From positions 4,000,001 to 4,064,000 of the forward strand of contig CBDFKD010000002.1 of NCBI GenBank assembly GCA_965248695.1: a DNA stretch of 64,000 nt. The letters run 5' to 3'. Below the pieces are notes generated by a model, which saw only the letters and a list, made by a program, of their open reading frames with translations, was not told the origin of the DNA and made no database searches. The position numbers were made by a program, and so were the translations under genes. Below, piece after piece: positions 18,582-28,100 of this stretch; within the stretch, counting starts at the first letter, position 1; each line of letters opens with the position of its first letter. The stretch is from Acidobacteriota bacterium (GTDB lineage: Bacteria > Acidobacteriota > UBA890 > WLXD01).

Positions 18582-20558
18582 ATGAACGACCGCGATCGCG
18601 CACTGGGAATGCACCGACCGATCAAGCGTCGGGACTTCGTTGCCGGGGTCGGCGCCGCGGTGGGCGGAGCCATGGTGATCCCGGGAATCACCCGGCCCGC
18701 GGTGCCTACGTCGCGTCAGCTCAGACCAGTTGACGCCGAGAGCTACCCGCCTCTCCGAACCGGGTTGCGCGGTGCCCACCCAGGGTCCTTCGAGGCGGCG
18801 CACCGGACGCGCGACGGGGCCAGCTGGGAAGGAGCGGAGCCTGTCGACGAGAGGTACGACGCCGTCGTCGTAGGAGGTGGCCTCAGCGGTCTGGCGGCGG
18901 CGTACTTCTATCGTCAGTCGACGGGCCCGGATGCTCGGATCCTGATCCTCGACAATCACGACGACTTCGGCGGCCACGCCAAGCGAAACGAGTTCGAGAC
19001 AAGTGCGGGGACGCTGATCTCTAACGGGGGGTCGTCCTACATGGTTCGGCCCGTGACCTACCCGGCGCCGGTCCTGGCCATGCTCCGCGATATCGGTGCG
19101 GAGCTCGACGAGCCGACGAACAGTGTGGATAGAAGCGCGTTCCGCCGCCGGGGGATGGTGCGCGGGACGTTCTTCGACCGTGAAACGTCCGGGGAGGATC
19201 GGCTGGTCACCGGTGGCAGTCTTTCGCAACCGACGCATGAGTTCCTCGCTCGAACGCCCTTGTCGGAACGCGTGCGTGCGGACCTTGTTCGCCTTTACGC
19301 CGGGGAGGACTACCTCGCCGGCATGTCAGCGGAGGAGAAGGAAGCCCATCTGCAGCGCATCAGCTATCGCGACTATCTGCTCGACGTTGCGAAGGTCCAT
19401 CCCGACGTGCTCACGCTGGTCGGGAGCGTGTGGGCGCTCTCGCAGGACACGGCGAGCGCCTGGTTCGCCTTCTACCGCGGTGGTATGGGCTTCGAGGGCC
19501 TCGGGCTGACCCGCCCGCCCTTCTCTCCGGAGCGGTCCGAGGAGGGGCACGAATCCGTCACCTTCCCCGCCGGAAACTCCGACATCGCGCGGCTCATCGT
19601 TCGCTCTCTGATTCCGCCCGCCCTTCCGGCAGGGCGAATGGCGGACGGCATCCTCGATCGCGTGGATTACTCGAAGCTCGACGAGCCGAGCGCGCCGGTA
19701 CGGATCCGGCTAGAAAGCAGCGCCGTTCAGGTCAAGCACCTGGGCGAGATACCCGTCGGCCGACTGCGCACGGACGATCGGGAGACCGAGGTTACCTATG
19801 TTCGAGAGGGCAGGCCGTACCGGGTTCGATCGAAGGGGACCATTCTCGCCTGCGACAACTCGATGATTCCGTACATCTGTCCGGGGCTGCCCGAGAAGCA
19901 GCGTGAGGCGCTCCTCCTCTCCGACCGGGCGGTGAACATGATGACCACGGTCGTGGTTCGGAACTGGACTTCGTTCGAGCGGTTGGCCATTACCGGGGTG
20001 GACAGCCCGGGGATGTTCTACAACACCTTCAATCTCCGTCCACCGAGGCAGTTCGGCGCAAACCGGCCGGAGTTCGACCCTGCCAAGCCCGCGCTGGTGG
20101 GGTTGCAAAGCCCGTCTGGTGTTCTGCACCACAGCACCATGGTTCGGGAGTTGTTCGGCGGCAATCCACCCGTGCCCGGCACTCCGCTCCGGGAGCAGCT
20201 CGCGGCGCTCCGTACCCGTATGTTGGCGACCTCGTTCGAGGACTTCGAGCGTCGGATTCGGGAGCAGCTTGCGCGAGTCCTGGCGCCCGGCGGTTTCGAT
20301 CCCGCCCGCGACATCGAGGCCATCACGATCAACCGTTGGCCGCACGGGTTCGCAATGGGAACCAACGCGCTCTTCGATCCCGCCGAGTGGACGGGCGACA
20401 ACCACCCCACGGTGGTAGGTCGTCAGAGGTTCGGAAGGATCACCATCGCAAGCTCCGACGCGGCCGGTCTGAGCCTTGCGCAGGCGGCGATGGGCGAGGG
20501 CCGTCGGGCCGCGATCGAATTGGTGCCTCGGAACTACGGGTACTTCAACGAGATCTGA
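18582..20558 (+). CDS. spdH: Spermidine dehydrogenase SpdH-like FAD oxidoreductase, Tat-exported
   Basis: Tat motif KRRDFV, YPPLRTGLRGAHPGSFEAAH, VVGGGLSGL, LILDNHDDFGGHAKRNEF, AITINRWPHG. The family is clear; the substrate is not proven. Confidence 0.8.
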   Translation: MNDRDRALGMHRPIKRRDFVAGVGAAVGGAMVIPGITRPAVPTSRQLRPVDAESYPPLRTGLRGAHPGSFEAAHRTRDGASWEGAEPVDERYDAVVVGGGLSGLAAAYFYRQSTGPDARILILDNHDDFGGHAKRNEFETSAGTLISNGGSSYMVRPVTYPAPVLAMLRDIGAELDEPTNSVDRSAFRRRGMVRGTFFDRETSGEDRLVTGGSLSQPTHEFLARTPLSERVRADLVRLYAGEDYLAGMSAEEKEAHLQRISYRDYLLDVAKVHPDVLTLVGSVWALSQDTASAWFAFYRGGMGFEGLGLTRPPFSPERSEEGHESVTFPAGNSDIARLIVRSLIPPALPAGRMADGILDRVDYSKLDEPSAPVRIRLESSAVQVKHLGEIPVGRLRTDDRETEVTYVREGRPYRVRSKGTILACDNSMIPYICPGLPEKQREALLLSDRAVNMMTTVVVRNWTSFERLAITGVDSPGMFYNTFNLRPPRQFGANRPEFDPAKPALVGLQSPSGVLHHSTMVRELFGGNPPVPGTPLREQLAALRTRMLATSFEDFERRIREQLARVLAPGGFDPARDIEAITINRWPHGFAMGTNALFDPAEWTGDNHPTVVGRQRFGRITIASSDAAGLSLAQAAMGEGRRAAIELVPRNYGYFNEI

Positions 20559-20574
20559 CTTCGGAGCGCGTCGG

Positions 20575-20605
20575 TTGACAGCTTGCCGTCGCAATCTGTA
20601 TCAAT
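20575..20605 (+). promoter_or_regulatory. Possible sigma70-type promoter for atoE
   Basis: Perfect TTGACA at 20575-20580 followed by TGTATCAAT as a weak -10 region, in the intergenic gap. Confidence 0.35.
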
Positions 20606-20759
20606 CGCCTCATACGATTTCTCAGCGCTCCTGTTGCTCGCTGACCGCTGTCTGCCCGCCGTCCAGGTACACCCCTGCACGCGAGTGGCGTGATCCGCGA
20701 ACCCTCAGGAGCGTTGGCCCAACGGATTCTGAGTTCATAGCGTCTTCAAGGAGCCGAGC

Positions 20760-22181
20760 ATGACGACTGATGAGCAGGCCATCGAGCCTGACATGACTCC
20801 CGTCCAGAAGTTCGGGGAGGCCATCGCCGACCGGGTAGAACGGTGGATGCCGAGCCCGTTCCTCTTCGCGATCCTCCTGACCTACGTCGCCGCGGGCGCT
20901 GCGTTTATCTCGGAGGGGTCCGCAGTGACCGAGATCGCCCTGTCATGGTACGGAGGCTTCTGGAACCTGCTGCAGTTCGCCATGCAGATGGTGATCATCC
21001 TCGTGACCGCCAATGTGGTGGCCTATCACCCACGGGTCAGGGGAATGATCCTGGGCCTCGTTCGGATTCCCAAGAACGGCCGACAGGCCGTCGTTCTCGT
21101 TGGTGTCGGATCGATGCTGACCGGATGGATCTCCTGGGGCTTGGGGCTCATCTTCGGAGCGATCCTGGCCCGCGAGATGGGCAAGCACGCCGCACGAAGC
21201 GGGATGGCTGCCCACTATCCGCTGTTGGCCGTGGCGGGCTACATGGGGATGAGCCTTACGTGGGGATGGGGGCTGTCCAGTTCCGCCGGTCTCCTTCAAG
21301 CGACCGAGGGCAACGCGCTGATGAGGATGGGCTTCGTCGATCGCGTGATCCCTTCGACGGAGTGGGTGTTCCACCCCTATCCGCTGATTCTCACGGGCCT
21401 GTCGATCATCTTCGGCTCGATCATGCTGTATCTGCTGAGCCCGCCCGATCAGAACTGCAGGCCGATTGGCTATTACGTGAACGACGACGGTGGGGATGCT
21501 CGACCGGAAGCCACCCCGGCTGCGCAAGAGGATCCCGCTGACGCCAAACCGGCGATAGCCGACAGGATCGACAACAGCCGGATCCTCGGTGGCATCATCG
21601 CGTTGACTGGCGTCGTGCTGTTTCTCAGACAGTTCTTCACGCAAGGCCTCGGAGCGCTGGACCTGAATAACTTCAACTTCGGGTTCCTGATGATCGGCCT
21701 CTTGCTCTACGTCAGTCCGACCAAATACCTGCGCGAGTTTTACGACGCCGTTCAGGGGAGCGCGGGAGTTGTGCTGCTCTTCCCGTTCTACGCCGGCATT
21801 ATCGGAATCATGACCGGGACAGGGCTGGTCGATACGATGACCGCCTCGCTGCTCTCGATCGCCACACCGGAGAACTTCGCGGTGACCGCCTGGATCACCG
21901 GAGGGGTCCTCAACCTCTTCGTGCCCTCAGCCGGGGGCGAATGGGCGATCATCGGTGGCCCCATGATGGTGGCCGGTGCCGAGTTGGGCATCCCGCACGG
22001 CCAGACGATCGCCGCCTACGCGGTCGGGGACGCGCACACGAACCTCCTCAACCCGTTTTGGGCCATCCCGCTGCTGGCCATCACCGGCCTTCGTGCTCGG
22101 GACATGTTCGGCTACGCGATCACCATGATGATCTTGCTCGTCCCGTTTCTGGCGATCGTGCTCTACGTGCTGCCCTACTGA
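20760..22181 (+). CDS. atoE: Short-chain fatty acid transporter (AtoE family)
   Basis: RWMPSPFLFAILLT, GFWNLLQFAMQM, FPFYAGI, NLFVPSAGGEW, GDAHTNLLNPFWAIPLL. Confidence 0.9.
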   Translation: MTTDEQAIEPDMTPVQKFGEAIADRVERWMPSPFLFAILLTYVAAGAAFISEGSAVTEIALSWYGGFWNLLQFAMQMVIILVTANVVAYHPRVRGMILGLVRIPKNGRQAVVLVGVGSMLTGWISWGLGLIFGAILAREMGKHAARSGMAAHYPLLAVAGYMGMSLTWGWGLSSSAGLLQATEGNALMRMGFVDRVIPSTEWVFHPYPLILTGLSIIFGSIMLYLLSPPDQNCRPIGYYVNDDGGDARPEATPAAQEDPADAKPAIADRIDNSRILGGIIALTGVVLFLRQFFTQGLGALDLNNFNFGFLMIGLLLYVSPTKYLREFYDAVQGSAGVVLLFPFYAGIIGIMTGTGLVDTMTASLLSIATPENFAVTAWITGGVLNLFVPSAGGEWAIIGGPMMVAGAELGIPHGQTIAAYAVGDAHTNLLNPFWAIPLLAITGLRARDMFGYAITMMILLVPFLAIVLYVLPY

Positions 22182-22353
22182 GCGCGCCTGGGAGGCGCTG
22201 GCGTTACAGTGCGTAATTCGTGGTCTAGGGAGTGCTCGTCGTGACCGTTTGGGCATCCCGGCGGTGGCACGGGCTCACACTGGAACCTACGAGCTCGTCT
22301 CCAATTGGCGGAATAGATCTCTGCCTCGTCACCACTTCCCCAGGGAGACACCC

Positions 22354-23676
22354 ATGCGGTACGCGGTAGCTTTGTGCCTGTGTTTGTTCATTGCCACCGA
22401 CGGGCTCGCCGCCGTGGCTGACGGCATCGACATGGTCAGGATCCGGCGCGGCACGTTCACGATGGGCAGCGACGACGAACTGTCGGCGCCGATCGCCACA
22501 AACGTGCCCGCCCATAGGGTCACCGTATCCGCCTTCAAGATGGGCGTGTACGAGGTGACCAACCAGCAGTTCGCCGAATACCTCAACGCAGCAGAGCTCG
22601 GCGGCGAGATCGAGGTGCGTGACGATCTCCCCGCCACCGCTCACGGTACCGGGGTCTTCGTCCTCGGAACGAGCGGGTACCCCGCGGCCGCGCAGAAGAT
22701 CTACCACCTCGGGGGAACGAACCTGGACGGCGAGAGCGAGCTCAACATCCCCTGGATCGCCTACGACGAAGGTGCCGTGCTCGGGATGCGCTTCCAGATC
22801 CTCGACAGCCAGGACGTGTTCGGCAACAACGACGCGCTCGATACTTCCGACTGGCCAGCGACCTTCGTCATGTGGCATGGAGCGGCCGCTTTTGCCGCAT
22901 TCAACGCCTATGCGCTCCCCACCGAGGCCCAGTGGGAGTACGCCTCCCAGGGAGGCGTGGGCAACGACTACGGTACCGACGACGGCACCCTCTCGCTCGC
23001 CAACGCCAACTACAGCGGCCAGGACACTCCCGGCGCGATCGCCGCGGGTGCGGTGGGGCACGTCGTCGCCGTGGGATCTTATGCGGCCAATCCGTTCAAC
23101 CTGTACGACCTGGCAGGGAACGCGTGGGAGTGGACGGCCGACAACTACGACGGTGACTTTTACGCCAACACCGACGGTGCCACCAACCCCTTCAGCCGCA
23201 TTGGAATCGACGGAACCAGCGACAATCCCGCGGAGGCGGTCGCCTGTATGGGCGGTCCGAACCTGGTGTACACCTGCAATACACGCCTCAAGCGTGGCGG
23301 CAGCTGGAACTTCCACGGTGTGACGATACGGAGCGAGGCGCGCAACACCGACTACCCCTTCCGCGGTAACGATCACTTCGGGTTCAGGGTGGCCGGCGCC
23401 GTGTCCAAGCCTGACAAGACCGGCAAGCTCGCAGCCGATGTCCAGGATGACGGCGCGGTGCTCTTCTCCTGGGACGACAAGTCCGATGACGAGTCGTTCT
23501 TCGAGCTGGAGTGCAAAGGCTCGGGCAAGTGGAGCCACCTTGCGAAGGTCGGAGCCAACGTCGAGCAGGTGACCAGCGAGGCACTAGAAGCCGGGACGAA
23601 GTATAAGTGCCGCGTTCGGGCGCAAAATTCAGCCGGGAAGTCCGGCTGGAAGCGGAAGAACGTCGACCTCAGGTAA
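22354..23676 (+). CDS. Formylglycine-generating-enzyme (SUMF1/FGE-sulfatase) domain protein with C-terminal FN3 domain, exported
   Basis: Signal peptide, GTFTMGS, YEVTNQQF, LPTEAQWEYA, LYDLAGNAWEW, RGGSW, GFRVA; then FN3-like WDDKSDDESFFELE...YKCRVRAQNSAGKS. Confidence 0.88.
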   Translation: MRYAVALCLCLFIATDGLAAVADGIDMVRIRRGTFTMGSDDELSAPIATNVPAHRVTVSAFKMGVYEVTNQQFAEYLNAAELGGEIEVRDDLPATAHGTGVFVLGTSGYPAAAQKIYHLGGTNLDGESELNIPWIAYDEGAVLGMRFQILDSQDVFGNNDALDTSDWPATFVMWHGAAAFAAFNAYALPTEAQWEYASQGGVGNDYGTDDGTLSLANANYSGQDTPGAIAAGAVGHVVAVGSYAANPFNLYDLAGNAWEWTADNYDGDFYANTDGATNPFSRIGIDGTSDNPAEAVACMGGPNLVYTCNTRLKRGGSWNFHGVTIRSEARNTDYPFRGNDHFGFRVAGAVSKPDKTGKLAADVQDDGAVLFSWDDKSDDESFFELECKGSGKWSHLAKVGANVEQVTSEALEAGTKYKCRVRAQNSAGKSGWKRKNVDLR

Positions 23677-23797
23677 CCTGATCCGGATTGGCGACAGGAG
23701 CATCGTGCCGGCGGCTAGAGCACGCAGTCCTTCACCTGATCGGTCGGATCGACCGTCCAGACGCTGTCTCCCCGCCTGCACCGCTCAGCGCGACCTG

Positions 23798-25172
23798 CTA
23801 CTCGACGCCTGAGCCGAGTACATCGAGGTCCAACAACAGCTTGCCGGTGTGCTCGAGGAGCCGCACTCCGGGTCGGTGCCCCTGGCCGACGGCGCCAACC
23901 AGGAGGTCTTGCCGGCCGGCAAAGATGGCGTAGATCCCACGCGCCTGAGAGCTGTGGAAGGTGGCATCGAATGCCTGAGCAGTTCCCAGTAGTGTCAGAT
24001 CAACACGGCTCCAGAATTGCACCTGCACACTGCGGTCGTTGGCCGTGTATACGAGCGCTACGTCGCCGCCGACGCTGCCGGCGCCGCGAAAATTGCCGGT
24101 TACCCAGTGGTTCACGGCCACATCGCCCGTCAACACCGTGCCGCCGCCCACTCGTCGGGCTCGCTTATTGGCAGTGTCGTACGTGCGAAAGGCTGCGCCG
24201 CCTCGATTCCTCTGGTAGCCGACGAATACCAGATCGCCGCTGGACGGGTCGACGCGGGACTCGATCTCCGTGCCACCGGCCACCGAGCGCCACGTCAAGT
24301 TCTCCACGTTGGTCGGTGTCAGGGTCCCGGCCGAAAGGGTCTTTGCGGCCACATCCAGCACGCGTGCCTCACCGCGGCCGTTTCTCCGCCGTTGTGCACC
24401 GATCAGGGTTTCGCGCCCGACACGGGTCGGCACGAAGTCGCCGACGACGAACGCGGCGCGATCGAACGACCGGCCCGAAGACACGTCGGTCCGCCAGCAA
24501 CGCGCCCGATGCCAAACTGGCCACCCTCAGGTAGGCGCCGCGCCCGTTGCGACCCGAGTAACCGGCTATTAAGACCGGGGCGCCGTCGCCGGTCAGATCG
24601 TCGGAGAGCCAGGTAATCTCGGTGCTGTTCGCGGGCACGAGGCTGATCACACGCTCACGTGCCAACGTGTCGGGTGCCCGGGTGCCCGCGCCGCTCCGCA
24701 GTGACCACACCTCTGCGCTTCCCGATCCGTCGGCTGACTGGTAGCCAATGCCGATACGCGTACGCTCATCGCTTCCGGCGGGCACCTCGAACAACTGCAG
24801 ATCGATGATCTCCTGCCCGACCAGCGTCTCGGCGCTGGCGACCGCTTTGCCGCTGCGTGTTCGCACCAGTAGCTTGATGAAGCGGCCGTCCGGGTCCACC
24901 CCGACGATTGTCAGCTCCTCGGTACCGGTGCCGTCGAGTTGCAAGTTCGCGAGCTGGAACTCGCCTAGCTCCTCTCCGAGGAACACGTTCAGCACTCGCA
25001 CACCGTTGCCATCGTAGGCCTGGAACCAGGCGCCCCGTGCCGCGCCTTCGCTCTCGATTCCGAACACCCCGATGCGCTCGAGGGTGTCGGCGGCGTTGCC
25101 GGACCACGGCAACACGGCGGCGACCGAAACGGACAGGAGCAACAGAATCCCGAACCGACGCACGTGCCTCAT
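23798..25172 (-). CDS. Exported FG-GAP-like repeat protein, frameshifted (about 457 aa when joined)
   Basis: Two overlapping ORFs join as ...DRRVFG|RSFDRAAFVVGDF when one base at 24474-24476 is removed. Signal peptide; degenerate repeats QLDGTGTEEL, DDLTGDG, GDFVPTRVG, GNFRGAG; ATGA overlap with the adhesin stop. Confidence 0.6.
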
Positions 25173-28100
25173 CGCGGCAGCTCCTCAGTGAGCGCGGAAG
25201 AGGCGGAGTCGTAGTCTCGGCTGCCGGTATCGGGCGCCGAGGTGACCGCAGCTACCGGAGCGTCCCAGAGGTGGCGTGTGAGGCGCCACAACTCGCTGAT
25301 GAACAGCTGCAGGCTCGATGCCTCGGCGGCCTGCTTCACAGTGAAGGTCTGGCCGGCCATCGTCACCGTGCCGGAGCGCTTGCTACCGGTGGCGTTGACA
25401 ACCACCGAGTAGGGAATCGAGGCGTTGCCAGTACCGCTAGACGCGCCGGTCGCAATCACGATCCAAGGGGCGTTGCTCGTCGCCGTCCAGCCACCCGTTG
25501 CGCTCAAGGAGACCACGCCGTCTCCACCGTCGACCGGAAATGAGACCTCCATAGGCAAGATGAAATTCCCCGACGGCGTCAGGTTGACCACCACGGGCGC
25601 CGCGCTCTGGAGCGTTCCGTCGTCCGCTCGTACCGTCAACGTGTAGGTCGGCGTCGTATCGAAGTCGAGGGCCGCAGAGTTGGCCACGGTGACGGCGCCG
25701 TTGCTGTTGCCGATGAAGAATGCACCGAAACCGTTGCCGGCCGTGATCGAGTAGGTCACCCCGCCGTCGCCGTTGTTGGCATCGACGTCGCCCACCGAGG
25801 TGCCGTTGCCGGCGTTCGCGGCGACGCTGAACGGCCCCGTGGCCGTGAATACCGGAGGCTCGTTCACCGGGGTGAGACTGACCACCACGCTGGCGGTGCT
25901 CTGGCTGCCGTCGTCCGCCTGCACCGTCAACGTGAAACTCGGCGTGCTCTCGAAGTCGAGCGCGGCCGAGCTAGCGACGGTGATCGCGCCAGTGCTGGCG
26001 TCGATAGCGAAGGCCCCGGAGCCGTTGCCGGCTGTGATCGAGAAGGTCACGCCCACGTCGTTCGCCCCGCCGTCGCCGTCGTTGGCGTCGATGTCGCCAA
26101 CCGCCGTGCCGCCGCTCGAGTTCTCGGCGATGCTGAACGGCCCGGTGGCGGTGAACACGGGCGGGTTGAAGTTCGTCGGGTCGTCGGCCGGCGTCACGGT
26201 GGGGTCGCTGCCGCCTCCGACGTCCGGGTCATCGGTGCTCAGCGAGGTGAAGTTCGCGCCCGTTACCACGCCCTGCGCCGTTAGCTGCGCGGTGCCGTCG
26301 GGCAAGCTGTTGACCGTTGCATGGATCTTCACGGTTACGCTCTTGCCAGCAGGGATCGTGCCGATCGTCGTGCTCAACGTCAACGGCCTCGGCGCTCGCG
26401 GCGGTGCAGGCCTGAGCGCGGACGACGCCGGCGGGCTGGCCGTGGTCCTGCGGATACCGGGAACGAGTTCCAGTCGACCCCTGATCAGCGGCAATGCTCG
26501 TGCCGGGGTATTCACGAGGGTCTCGAGCGCTGGTCGGGACGCTCTGGAGAGAGCGGCCAGTAGCTCGCGGACGGACCGCGCCGATAGCGGCTCGACGCCG
26601 CGTACCGCCAACGGTGCCCGGGAACGGGGCGCCGACTGCAAAGCAACGTCGCCCGCCGCGGCGGCGTCGACCCCACCGTCGACGAACCAACGCGTCTGGT
26701 CGAACGCCGGAAGGGCGGTGATCACCGGCTGCGTGCAGTTGGAGTTGCCGTTGAACGCCGGCGTACCGGATCCGATGGAGGAGTTGGCTCCGGTGTTGCC
26801 GAGCACGCCCGTAATGTCGCCGGCGGTGACGTTGGCGAAGCCAGCGCCCTCCACCAGCATGGTGCCGTTGTCCTCGCGCAGCAGGACCTCCGCCGTCACC
26901 GTTCCCAGGGCGACGTTGCTGCGCACGTCGACGCACATCGTCGGGGCGGCGGTGACGGTGCGGATCTCGATATCGTCGCTGCCAGCTGTCCGAACGTTGT
27001 TGCCAGTCACCGTCACGTTCATCGTGCTGTTCTCAGTGGCGTCGATCTGCAGCCCCTCGCTGATGATGCCGCCGTCGACGATGTCGTTGTTGGTCACCTC
27101 GACGTTCATCAGGGCGGTGCCCTGCGTCTCGATGGTCACGCCGTCCAGCACGATGATTCCGCCGACCGGCTCGTCGGCGCCGCCCACCACGCCGTCGGGC
27201 CCGGTGCCGACGTCGTTGCCGCTGATGCGCGCCTCGAACAGGCCGGTGCTGTTGCGTGCCGAGACGGTGATCCCGGTCTGGTCGACATCGAAGATGTCGT
27301 TGTCCTGGATGTCGATGTTGAAGCTGGTGGCGGCAGTGCCCTGCGAGACCACCGAGATGCCGCGGTGGCGCATCCCGTTCGGGTCCGACGCCCCTTCCAC
27401 CGGCGCTACCTCGTCGATCAGGTTGTTGAGGATGTCGCAGCTCACGTCGCCGTTGGCGCTGCCGCCGGCGAGCTGCACCTGAATGACGCCGGAGGCGGCC
27501 GTCGTGAGACCGACGTCCTGGAAGGTGTTGCGCAGGCCCCCGGCGCCGCCGATGGTGCAGGTCAGGTTGCCGCCCTCTGTGGCGGCGTGCACCAGCACCC
27601 CGAGGCCATCGGCGATCGCGTCGCGGAACGTGTTGCCGGTGATCGTGGTCGTGATGGTGCCGGTGTCGCCGGGGTCGACGCCGGCGCCGAAGTTCAGGCC
27701 CACGCCGAACAGGTCCTCCACCGTGTTGCCGGTGAAGGTGACGTTCATGCTGCCGCTGTCTTCCTGCTGGAAGTTGAGGAACGAGCTGCCGTTGGTGCTG
27801 GCCTGGTCGCGGAACGTCGAGCCGTCGATGGTCATCGACATCGGGTTGGCGCCGGTATTGACCACCTCCAACCCCTGCATGTTGACGACGTCGACGTTCT
27901 GGATGCGGCTGTTGCTGTCGATGCGGTTGCTCGTGCCGCTGAGGTCGCGTGCCTCCCAGCCGCTGGCCGCCGGCGTGTCGATGTCGACGCCGCGCAACTG
28001 GACATCGCTGCTGCTCTGGCTCTGGATCCCGTGATCGTTCGTGGCCAGGTTCTGACCGCCGCTGCCGGTGTCGCTGGAGTCGCCGACGTTGGTCAGGTTC

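Noticed and set aside
22354-23676. Diversity-generating retroelement target (FGE-type CLec fold)
   Set aside because: No reverse transcriptase and no template repeat of the C-terminal region seen in the window.
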